Source: Phoronis australis (lineage: Eukaryota; Animalia; Phoronida). From it: a stretch of DNA of 64,000 nt. Shown here one piece after another: positions 26,258-37,700 of this stretch (its first letter is position 1; every line of letters starts with the position of its first letter). Under the pieces are notes generated by a model, which was given only the letters and a program-made list of their open reading frames with translations, was not told the origin of the DNA and ran no database searches. A program made the translations under genes and the position numbers. The stretch is from contig NMRA01000543.1 of the NCBI GenBank assembly GCA_002633005.1, positions 149,188-213,187 on the forward strand, in the 5' to 3' direction.

Positions 26258-26729
26258 ATTTTTACTTACAGTCTACTCCCATAATTCAAACAGCCTAGCC
26301 AACGAGTCATTTCACTTGGGGTGATTACGAGAAAATATTTGCGAAGCTCTCGCTTTCACCCGAGCGCCTTTGCGTGGTCTTGCGTTATCTCGCAAGAAAC
26401 TTATTGTGTGGAATGTACTCCAGTTTCCAACAGCTGAATAACATTACTAAGAACATTAAGTTGTATCAAAATCGAGCACAGTTGAAAAGAAACTGTTCAA
26501 TCGGTAAAAAAATCTATATTGACTATATTCAGATAATAACAATCAAGACAGGTATCAGATAATAACAATCAAGAACCGATGATCCCCACTGTATGGATCA
26601 CGCATATATTTCAGTGCACTGCAGCTTTTGAGGAATTTTGTTGTCAGTCCGCTATGTTTGCCAAGTGTTACTGACAAAATTGTTCACATCGTGGGAAGCG
26701 AGAACAATGTCTCGACAAGGCCATCACAA

Positions 26730-28310
26730 TTATGTAGACTTCCATGGAAATTTGGCCCAATTGTCATCACCATGGGCGACTTCCGATCTTGCATCTTTTG
26801 TGATTGCTTCGCCGCTCTTGGCATCCAAAACAACAAGAGTGGGGATGCCTTGTACCCCAAACAAGGCACACAGCTCTTTCTGCAAAATAATTAAAATTCG
26901 TTGAGTAACTAGAGGAACATTACGCTAAAGTTTCAGACTACTTCCCACCTAAAACGCAAACTATGAGGAAATCGTGTCTCTGTAGTGTCCCCAGTCGCTT
27001 GAGGTCAAAGGTCACATTTTCCATGTAATGAGAAATGACGTAGAAAATAAATCCGAAACTAAAAGAGGCGATCCAGATCCTCTTAAGGATACACTTGTTT
27101 GTCGAAAAGTAGAATAAATATACGTAAACAAAAATGGATCACTGAAATTTTCTGATATAATAACAGATGTTATTATATCCGAAAATTTCAGTAATCCATT
27201 TTTGTTGTTTCATTTACGTATATTTACCATACATTGAGGAAATGTGCTTTGCCTTGTGGGAGAAAAATCGACAAATTGGCGAGCAGTTGACAGATCGTTT
27301 TCTTTTGAAATTTGAAACTAAAAGAAAATGCTTTGACATGAACAGAAATTAAAAGAGTTTGTTCGTAGGACCAGCAATATCGTTTTTCTTCGAAATTTGA
27401 AACTAAAAAAGAAAATGCTTTGACATGAACAGAAATTAAAGAGTTTGTTCGTAGGACCAGCAATACTTTTATTACATGTATAATTTTGACGATGCTTGAG
27501 TGGCTTCTAGCGTAATATAATTCAGACCTGCAAGCTTTTTAGTTTTTTTTCTGGGAGTAAATCAGTCAGGGATGTCAACACTGGTTAAAAAATATCAATC
27601 GTGTATGAATAAACGAGACCTCCACACTTTTAACTGAACTATTTCCATAAAGGAGTACTCCATAGAGATAACGTCTACTAATGGGAAACTTGTTTTCCGG
27701 GGTAACTTGTTTCCCGCATTAGCGGACTACTTGGCACCCACGCACTGAGCGACGACCACGTGCAGTTCTTGGCTATAGTCAGTTGCATGAATTGGTACTC
27801 GGAGAAGCCAGGGAAGTACTCGACACGAAGTTGTAACAGGGCAATTAGGACGTAACGCAAACACCTCGCTAAAAAGCAAGACTTCGCGAGATTACGTGAG
27901 ATATTGTCGTGTATTAGAGAGCATGCGATTTCATGCAGCTAGATTTTTGAGAGGTCCCTCAGCTATAGCGTGGGTCATCTTAGCGTTACTGAACTCTATC
28001 TAGGACTTACCTTTCTGTCCCTTGCGTCAAAATCTAAAGCAAGCCACTTCATTTCAGCAAAATAACTTTCGAATGAATCTTTATCTTTGTCAGAGCTCAC
28101 GAAGATGATTTCCATGTCTTCGCCTTGCGGAGTCGACTTCATATGCTCGTAAAACTTTACCAATGTGGGTGTGAAACTTCGACATGGCGGACACCAGTGC
28201 GCCGAAAAGTAGAGGCAGATATATTTCTTATCGGCACATAAACTGGCAATGGACACGGTATTGCCTGCCAGGTCCAAGATTTTAACCCCGTCAGGAAAAA
28301 GAGCCTCCAT
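26730..28310 (-). CDS. Single-domain nucleoredoxin/tryparedoxin-like thioredoxin, exons 28310-28011 and 26879-26730 (149 aa)
   Basis: LYFSAHWCPPCRSFTP active site, EIIFVSSD, and exon 2 FGVQGIPTLVVLD..FPW. Phase-0 AAG|gtaagt donor and ttttgcag acceptor. Confidence 0.92.
27115..27226. repeat. Long imperfect palindrome (hairpin) in the nucleoredoxin-like intron
   Basis: CAAAAATGGATCACTGAAATTTTCTGATATAATAACA pairs with TGTTATTATATCCGAAAATTTCAGTAATCCATTTTTG, plus outer TAAATATACGTAAA arms. Confidence 0.85.
27294..27463. repeat. Direct tandem duplication of about 85 bp
   Basis: Two near-identical units, each ending GTTCGTAGGACCAGCAAT. Confidence 0.9.
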
Positions 28311-28321
28311 TGTAGACCTGA

Positions 28322-28361
28322 ATGAATAAGCGAGCTAACGCGGAGCTAACTCCTATTTATA
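28322..28361 (-). promoter_or_regulatory. TATA box plus initiator-like core promoter of the nucleoredoxin-like gene
   Basis: Minus-strand TATAAATA at 28361-28354, with a TCATTC Inr-like motif about 30 nt downstream, just before the ATG. Confidence 0.6.
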
Positions 28362-29263
28362 GCGCCGAGGTGGGGTTTACATATCGATGATTTAATCGCT
28401 CTACGCGGGCTTAATCAATATAACTGGACAACTCAATGTTCAAATAGCGTCGATAACAATGGACCAAGCAATGATAACAATGCGGTCGCCTGGGCACAGT
28501 GGAGATAGCTATAAATAGATTCACTCTTTTGACTGACTAGTACCAAAACGTGGTCGATATCTACGTGCAAACTGAACAGCAAAAATATATACATATGTAA
28601 TAACCTACCTACAGTCATGGACTTACTAAACATACATTTGTAGAAACTCATGGGGGTAGGCCTAGTCACTTAAGTGTAATTAATTACTGTTTTCTTCGCA
28701 TACCTTCATTTATTTGTAGTTGTGGAAGTTTTATGCGTTATCCGTCAAACTGGAGGGCTCTCATGGCGGTAAAGCAATATTTTCTGCTATAGTTACTCTC
28801 CTTTGAGGATTTCATTTAAACGGCTCCCACTGCGCATTATTCAGTGATGTTCTACTTTAGGCCAAGTACTTAGGTTCTGAATTCGAAAGCGCAGTTACCT
28901 TATCAATGGACATGCGTGACTTTGTTGTAATCCTACTGAGAGTCTGCCGGCCGGGCTGGGATCGAAGTGTCGCCCAGTCCAGCGTGGCGTTAAACTCAGC
29001 CTATGACGAAACAATATGTTGGCAGACCAAAGCAGGCGCTAACTGGAGACCGCATTGGACATTGCTCTAGGCCTACCTCAAACACTCCCCGTCTCATTTT
29101 CAAAGTAGAATGACGGTGACGATGATGCCACATGAGGGGCGCAGCACTGGAAAAAGTGGGGGGTAAGGCCCCCTCAGCCCCCCTGTGGTGCCCACCGGCC
29201 TATAGACCACGTGCGGCGTAGCACTCAGAAAAAAGTGGTGCGCCTATGGTGCGCCCCCCATCG

Positions 29264-29412
29264 GTGATAATGATGATGGTGGCAGTGACGCCGGAGTAAC
29301 TGAATGGTAATGATGATGATGGTGATGGTGATCATGATGATGGTGGTGATGACTGCATGGTGATGGTTGTGGTGCTTTACGATGGTGACGATCATTATGA
29401 TTATGATGACGA
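29264..29412. repeat. Degenerate (GAT/GGT)n trinucleotide microsatellite
   Basis: Runs of tgatga/tggtga. These explain the spurious His-rich ORF. Confidence 0.85.
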
Positions 29413-30539
29413 TAAACGGGTCGGTTGGTCGGCGGTGATGAATTCAAAAATTCGTATTTTTCCAGAAATCGTGGTCACCGGGACAGGACTCTGCACTCAC
29501 GGTAAAGTTGCTTTTTTGTTCTGTCGCCATGCTCGATCACTGAGTGCCTAATAACGAATATGAAGTTAAGTCTTCTGAACAGGAAATGACAGGATTCTAT
29601 TTCATGGGGGAATGCCAAAGCACCGTTTTTGAACTCGGCGGTAATTTTACTGATTAGCTAATTAATTAACACAATTAAGCTCTGCGGAGCCGCCTCGAGT
29701 CGCCGATTAAACTCACAATTTGTACCGCTAACCCTATCATCGCCATAGTCATAGTAGTAAAGACTATTACGTGACCGATTTTACCAAAGACAGCCCGTGG
29801 CCACAGACCGCCGGCCGGGAGCTCCAGTGAGGACCATGCCAGACCGCCTGCGGCAGCCTCAGTTCGACCCGCTTTGATGGAGTCATACGTACACGGTGCT
29901 GCTGAAAACACAAAAGTCACGTTATTTTCTGGAGTTTCAGCATCATGGATGTTAATTAGTGAGCAAGAGAGAAACATTTATCCAAAACCATAATGCAAAA
30001 ACACATTATACAGGCATTGACGCCGGGGTGGTTTTATCACTGACATGAGGGGTGCCCCCGGCCTCAAACCGCTGTTTCAGAGAGCCTTCGCGTGGCCACC
30101 ACCTAAATGTAATGAAACTAAATTGCTTATAATCATAACCAAAATCAGCTAATCAGCTATAAGCTAAGACTGAATAAGCAGCAACAGATAGCGGGATAGT
30201 CGCATACGGCCGAAACCGCACTGTCTTAGTGAGGGCCTCGGCTCTCCCAGTGCATGGGCCATAGAACAACTCGATTCCCACCACCAGCACTGAGTCGCCC
30301 AAAGACAGTATATTTCTGCCCCTTCCCATTCTAAATTTTCTGCTTCACACTCGAAGTCGAGTATTGCGAAATGGTTCTCATTAGTTCCCTACTTTCATCC
30401 ACTCACGGCTTGAATGCGAAGAAACGGGGACTCAGAGTTCCTTAGATTTGAAAAAAATGTACTCTCTATGTATTATATATAATGTGGACCGGAGGCCTGT
30501 TACATGAAATAAACCTATTATATTCAGAAGAGTAGGAGA

Positions 30540-30640
30540 AACTTTTGCGCAATTTGCGATTGTCTGCCAGTACGGCCAGGATTTGAACCGCCGGGGTCGC
30601 CGCCGGGGAGCCGGGAGCTAACCACTGAGCCACACTCTCT
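30540..30640 (-). mobile_element. tRNA-derived SINE head
   Basis: Minus strand GTGGCTCAGTGGTTAG..GGTTCAAATCCTGGCC..TGGCAGACAATCG. Confidence 0.65.
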
Positions 30641-31787
30641 TTTCGACTCGGCTTCGAATGAATGGAATCCCAGCAAGTCGGAAATGACCGAATCACATCG
30701 AATGCTCATGACGTCATTATAAAAATGTCTTCCGCCTTGAGTTTTGAAAGTGAACATCTTTGACTGCACAGGTTTTACGATGTTCATGTTCATGATTGCT
30801 CTCGCATGACTCGTATAGGTAACACCACGATTAGGTATGAGGTTTTAATCTTCTGAAAAAGTTTTTACACGTGGAAAATTCGCTCTATAGCAACAGGTGG
30901 CTGGCGAGGTCTGCTCTTCTGTTGGACGGGGCTAGTTTGGCACCCCCAATTTCTGAGCTGGCTCCAAAATCATCTCCCTGTCAGTTGAAAGAATCGGCCC
31001 AGAATGTTGTCTTTCTCTTCAAAACTTGAGTACTATCTGTCAAGGTCTGATTGCCAGTGTGTGAGTGAGTGAATGGCGCGAACTGTTGCAGGATGTGTCC
31101 ATTTAGATGATTATTTTAGAGCAGAAGTAAACAACAGTTAAGAATTATAGCTGTCGCACTGGTAAACAGTTTTTTGCTGATGATCATGACTCAATCAGCC
31201 TGGTAAACTCAATTAGTTGGAATTATTGCTGTACATGATCCTGTCTTTTGTGGTTTTGTTATTTAATTAGTTCAAAATACATCCTTTCTTAGAATATAGC
31301 AGATTGGAATAGCCGAGCTTACTGGTCTAAATTACCTTGACATCTTTGTCAGCAAGCTATCTGCCTTTCTGAAGTAACATCGTCATGGGCCTCCATCTGG
31401 GGCACCCATTTACTGTCTGTTTATTTATCTGTAAACAACCTAGCTATGTTAACCCACAGGCGCTCGAATTTCTCCATGACTCATAACCACATATAAGAAA
31501 CATGTTTTCTTAGTAGTGAGTGACGTCAGTGATGATCGAGGAACAGATAAACTCAATGGCCTGTGTGTTAACCAATCTCTGAAGTGACATCCACTACCTA
31601 TATATTTTTAAACTTGTTATAGTTGTTTTTGTCCTTGTTGATCTTCATTGTTATATAGTGACATAATACTCTGGAGAGAGTGTGGTCACTTGAACAGAGA
31701 AGAAGTGGAACTTATGACATTTCTGTGCTGTTTGATTAGAATTTGCTTTGTTTTTAGATACATTGTTGTGATTATTTATTAACAGGG

Positions 31788-34700
31788 ATGGCAGCTCCCC
31801 CTCATCAGGTTCACAAACCTAAGTTGAAACCAAAGCCTGTTCTCCAGCGATGGAATTTTACCGAAAAAGAAGACGACGTGGTGTTGTCGGATGATGCGAC
31901 AAACTTGAAGACGCAGCAGAGACATCTGCCTGGGAATCATGATCGCTTGAAAAAGACCGTCGCCACCACAAAACCTCCGGTGGACAAATCCAGTAAGCCT
32001 AAGTTGCTGCCGAAGCCAGAAGAAGTTAAAGCTTCGTCGATAGAGGGCACAGCAGGAGTACAAGCAGCCCGTGGCCGTGTTACAAAACCATTGGCAAAGC
32101 CAAGGAAAATATCTGATACTCGTGGACAAAACACTGAACACATTCAACAGACTCAAGCTTTTAATAGTTCTGTTGATCCATTACGCAGGGATCCTGTCTC
32201 AGGCATCGAGTCCAGCAACAAAGAATTAAGTAGAAGTAATGAAACTGGGTTGCATAATACGCAGTTTTCAAATCCCGGCAGTTATACTTCTGGGGATCAG
32301 GACTGTGCTAGTAATCCTGAACCTAAAATTACCCGTCGCAAGTTGCGTAAAACGTTGTTAAGGGGATTTGAGGTTGCCTTTAAAGGGAATGCGGAACCTC
32401 TGAATGCTTTCAGAAGAAGAAGTGAGGAGGTTGACGATATTAAGGAGGGGATCTGTCTAAGTGGGGGTGAAAGCATCGTGGAAGGCACGCTAGATGGATA
32501 CAGTACAGAAGGCAGCAATGATTCAGAGTACGACGATGTGGAGATTTTGCATCCAGAACATGGTAAGGAAATTGTTTAAGTTCAGGATAGTCAACCAGTA
32601 CATGGTAACGAACTAGCTTAAGTTCAGGGTAGTCAACCAGTACATGGTAACGAACTGGCTTAAGTTCAGAGTAGTCAACCAGTACATGGTAACGAACTGG
32701 CTTAAGTTCAGGGTAGTCAACCAGTACATGGTAACGAACTGGCTTAAGTTCAGGGTAGTCAACCAGTACNNNNNNNNNNNNNNNNNNNNNNNNNNNNNNN
32801 NNNNNNNNNNNNNNNNNNNNNNNNNNNNNNNNNNNNNNNNNNNNNNNNNNNNNNNNNNNNNNNNNNNNNNNNNNNNNNNNNNNNNNNNNNNNNNNNNNNN
32901 NNNNNNNNNNNNNNNNNNNNNNNNNNNNNNNNNNNNNNNNNNNNNNNNNNNNNNNNNNNNNNNNNNNNNNNNNNNNNNNNNNNNNNNNNNNNNNNNNNNN
33001 NNNNNNNNNNNNNNNNNNNNNNNNNNNNNNNNNNNNNNNNNNNNNNNNNNNNNNNNNNNNNNNNNNNNNNNNNNNNNNNNNNNNNNNNNNNNNNNNNNNN
33101 NNNNNNNNNNNNNNNNNNNNNNNNNNNNNNNNNNNNNNNNNNNNNNNNNNNNNNNNNNNNTTATTGTAGTTGATTGTCTGCTCTCTATTTGATTTCTTCG
33201 CTAGTCACATGAATGTTATCGTGTTATCGTCTTATTCATAATTGCCGCCGTGATCGTCTTGATTGTCGTCGTCTCCCTCATCGTCGTCTTTTCGATTAGT
33301 TCCGCCAAGTGTCGCTCCTCCGAGCGCTCTCGTTTATTTATGTTTTCACAAGCCATGGTTCTTTTCTCCAAAACTACTACTTATAAGGAAAAGTCCTGTT
33401 TGTAAGAAAGAACGGCCAGTGGTTGATAAAAACGAATTGAGGTGTTTGAGATAAGAGACGCAGCGCAGGATTTCTGATCACGAAAAGAATTCGATCAAGA
33501 AACGAATGCTGTTAGTGCAAATTTTTGCTTAGTGGTTCATGAGAGGGGAAGGCTACATCTACTCTGAAGTTTGTCGTGCTTTTGTGGTCTTTCTGCAAAG
33601 GACTGTGGTAAAATATCGTCAGTTTCAGACAAAAATAATTAACAAAATAAGCATTCTTTCATTTTCCCCCTAGTGGGGACCCCAGTCCTTTATAGTGCTG
33701 CATCGATACAGAACTGGGAGTCAGAAATTGACCAGTTGCAGTGCATGCTTTGTCATTGGCTAAGTTTCAAGTCTGAGTCAGGTTCGAGTTTGGAAGTTAG
33801 ACCCTTGGCGGTGAGGTCTTGGATTGTCCCTTCATACAGTCGTGTGGATTTTATCTCCACTACTGAAGTCAACAGTAGGAAATTCTAATTTTGATTAATA
33901 TTTGCCTTCCATTTGGCTCTTTATTTTTATGCTTTTACTAAGTCTGCATTAGCATACTTATTCATACCGTCAACAAAATTCAGTTTTTGGGAAATTTTTA
34001 AAGTTAATCAAAATATTTATGTATTTTTAATACCATGTTTTTTAAAATATTAATTGTTTTACATCAGGTGTCATAATTTCGCTTTTTGAAAAATTACTTG
34101 GACCATTTTCAACAGAAATTACAAAAATTTCCCATGCTACAGGCAATCGCTATTGGTTGTATGTTAATCTAGTTTTCCAGCTCATGAAAATAATCAGATC
34201 CTGTGTTTTGGGTTTATTGCTGTTCTTATCAATAATAATAGTTCAAATGTTATCGCCCGGTGTCCTACGTGCGTCCATAGTTGTGATTTATATTTACCTG
34301 TGCTTACCTGTGGTCACCTGAACAGAGTGGTGGGTGTTTTGCAAATTCTATTTTCTTGCAATGGAATCTTTCAAGTTGTGCCACCTTGTTGACTTATAAC
34401 AATGTCGAATCAGTTTACTAGCTTTGTTGAAGGTATATACGTAAATCGACTTTCTGTGTTAGAAATGTTTGATTTAGGATAGCTGTTATAAAGTGGGTCT
34501 AATCTTCTTCCTTACTTAGCAGGTCTTCTGCCTTACTCGATAGGTTAGAAGTAATTTCTGAGTTTTGGAAGAACTGACAATTTGTTATTGTTTGAGACCA
34601 CATGTGGTGTATAGAATCAGCTCCCTTGTTCATCCGAGGGGAAAGGTGCCTGTGCCTTCTGAGAGGGGAATTTTTTAGGGTGAGCGTAAAATTCTACCTA

Positions 34701-37700
34701 TGAACGCTATCAATAACACCCCCCCATACCTTGTTGTAACTCTGCCTCAAGTAGTCAAAACTAACATTTATCGCTCTTTCAAACTGTCATCTTTGTGAGC
34801 TACAAGTGTTTTGAACCTGGAATGAATTTGAGAGGAGTTTTTGGGCCTCATGAGGGAATTTTGCTTGATTTTTCAATATTTTTCAGAGGGGAATGGGATC
34901 GGGCCGACATTTGACTTCAAAATCGAGGACTTGAGGGCCCTGAGAATGATCTGCCCTTTCCAGCCAAGTTCTGGAGCTTGATTATTAATCGACTGTCTGT
35001 TCTGTCCAAGCACAGGAATCACTTCTGATCAGAATAAGGAATAATTTTGAGAACAATTTTATATCTTTATGTTATCTGACCAAAAGTTATTTTTTGACGT
35101 AATTCTGGTTCGTAGTTGGGTACTTTAGGTATGGTGGGTGACACAAGGATGTTGACTATATTGGGGTCTGGTACTGGCAGTAGACTGGCATAAATGTATT
35201 TTTATAACTTTTTGGTACTACAGCAATAGTTTAATGACCTCTAGATTTAGGACTGTATTGGGAGTAGGGGTATAGTGACTCATGTATGATGTGAATCAAC
35301 AGTACTTTTGGTACCTTAGGTGTGGTGTGTGATACCAGGACTGTATTGGAGTAAGGGGGGAGGGGAGTATAGTGGCTCATGTATGATTTGAATCAACTCT
35401 TAAATTGAATATCTTTAACCATAGTTCTTAATGACACACATAACTCCTCAGCTCCATCAAAAAGCTGAGCCAAACCTATGAGTATTGCCTGTCACCCCTT
35501 TAAGTTTGGCATTTCATCAGAGGTATTTTTCATTACTTTATGCCATGCCTGGCATGCTTTGCCCACTCTTCTCAAGCAATGTAGACGAATGGCAGATAAT
35601 TTGGATTAATGTAGTATCCTAGGGCTCTGTTTTGTGAAAGTTTAGGTCTCAAAGTTTGGCATGACGTCAACAGCATTGTTGAACAAGCGTAATGTGGCAT
35701 GTGATAGAATGACAGCATTGTTATTTCGGCCTAGGTTGAAACTAGAATAGTTTCATGAAACAGAGTCCAAAAGTGTTGTGTATGTGTGCGAGAAGTGCCA
35801 TGCGGATTGTCAATTTATTGCTTTGGTCACAGGTAGCTGCGACTATGCTTTTTCAGATGGCAGTTTTGTCCAAGTAGACGTGACTTCAACACAAGCCATC
35901 AGAGTCCCTAAACCTGCTCCCAGGTAAATTATATAAAATTCATGAGAAATTTTATTTTAATTACATCTCACCATTTTTTGTTGTATGATGCCTATCAGAA
36001 AGTGCTAAAGTACTGCTTTAAGAATTACTAATGGAGATTTTCGTGCATACAAATACCCGCTGGGCTGAAACATGGAAAATATTGTGACAATGTGAAGAGT
36101 GCTATCTCTGGGAGAAAAAGCTTGTAATGTTGAGCCACAGAACATGCCCAATTTTCTGTCTTTGTAAACACACTGTCTGCACTATGGGATCACAATCCTG
36201 AGAATGTTCTTCCATTTAAGTACCAATTATAGTGTTGATACATCTCGAACCTTATTTAGTGGCCTCCATTCTAACTCGTAGATCAAAAAATACAGGCTTT
36301 GTCAACTAGTAAACGCATGTATTTTCTGAAAAGAAAAAGGTCAGGGATTATAAGAATATATTTATATATGTGCCATTATTACTACCTTTTTTACGTAAAA
36401 AAAAGTCATTTTTAAGAAAGGTACATTCATACCAAAATAGCCCCTTGGTTGATTTTAATGAAACCTTTTTAATTGATAACTTCTGATCACCAATTTCCTA
36501 ACGCTGTTTGGAATTTTTGATGAGTCTTTTAGTTTGGTTACTATGGCAAATCAACTCCCAAAACAAGGTGGTTTTGTAAAAGAATAGCAATCATATTCGT
36601 CTTTTTTACATTACGCAAAAACTAGGCGGGATATTCGATTTAAGTGACAGCCTTGTAACCTTTGACCTTGGATAAGTAGCAAACTAATTTTCCCGTGGTT
36701 GTGCGGTTCCAAGGTGGTTCTGCTAAATCTTTTTTCTTGCTACACGGTATATATTTTGTATTTGAAGTTTCCCTGGAATGAAGATAGTGTATATGTGAAA
36801 TACTGTAGAAACGGCCAATTTTTGTGAATAAGGTTTTAGATATCCTTACCCGGTAAGTGAGTTTCATTAAACTGGCCCCTGGTCAAGTATGTCCGAAAAG
36901 TGCCAATCAACAACACTGACGTGCTTTTAATGAATGTCGTCTTCAATCGTCAGGGGTTACTGCCTAATTATTGTACATGTACAACAACTAATTCATACTA
37001 CACATTTCGTGCACCCACGCATGGATCTTTGTCAAAGTAAGTAAAGTTTGTTCATTCACTAAAATACCCTTTTACTCCCTACTGTGCTGTTTTTCATTCT
37101 ACACTACCTCGGGCCATGTTCCACGAAAAGTGACTTATAAAGATTTGAGTCAGAAATTTGATCTTGTGCTCCCACACCACGTTTGCCAATTATAGGCTTA
37201 GTCGTGAAATTGTAAGTGCAACACTGTCTGGAAAAATTATACAATTAATTTCTTTGGTAAGTAGCTGTTGTAGGTATATTATCAGATACTTTGTATTTTT
37301 ACTGAAGTGAGATTTTTCAGAAATGGTTATGTGCAGGGTATGAGATCAAATTTCTGTCTCAGTCTTAAGACACTCTCATGAACCAGGTGAAAGCTAACCC
37401 TGGTGCCCAATCAAAAAGCTTGCATCCGTGTGCACGTTTGCAGGGTGTTGGGCTTGCAAACTGCGAATTTGCTTTGAGGTCAAACCTCGGAATTGGTGGG
37501 TATGTACTCTGTGTATGGTACAACTGGTGTAATTCAGTCGAGCTTAAACACCTCTTTATGTTCAATGTACTGGTTGCAAGAGTTAACATGCGAACCCCCA
37601 ATATGATGGACTTTTAAATGTGTTCATGTGCACACCCAAGAGGGGGGGGGGCTTGGGGGCTTGAATGAGTCCCCCCATTTGGCGAAGTGGGCAAAAAGGT

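Noticed and set aside
28185-28200. Selenoprotein possibility for the redoxin
   Set aside because: The active site is Cys-Pro-Pro-Cys encoded by TGT codons, and there is no in-frame TGA.
29244-29447. His-rich ORF
   Set aside because: Translation of a GAT/GGT microsatellite, with no splice or domain support.
32644-33192. 182-aa ORF ([14 protein letters not shown])n
   Set aside because: Artefact of the 42-bp minisatellite plus the N gap.
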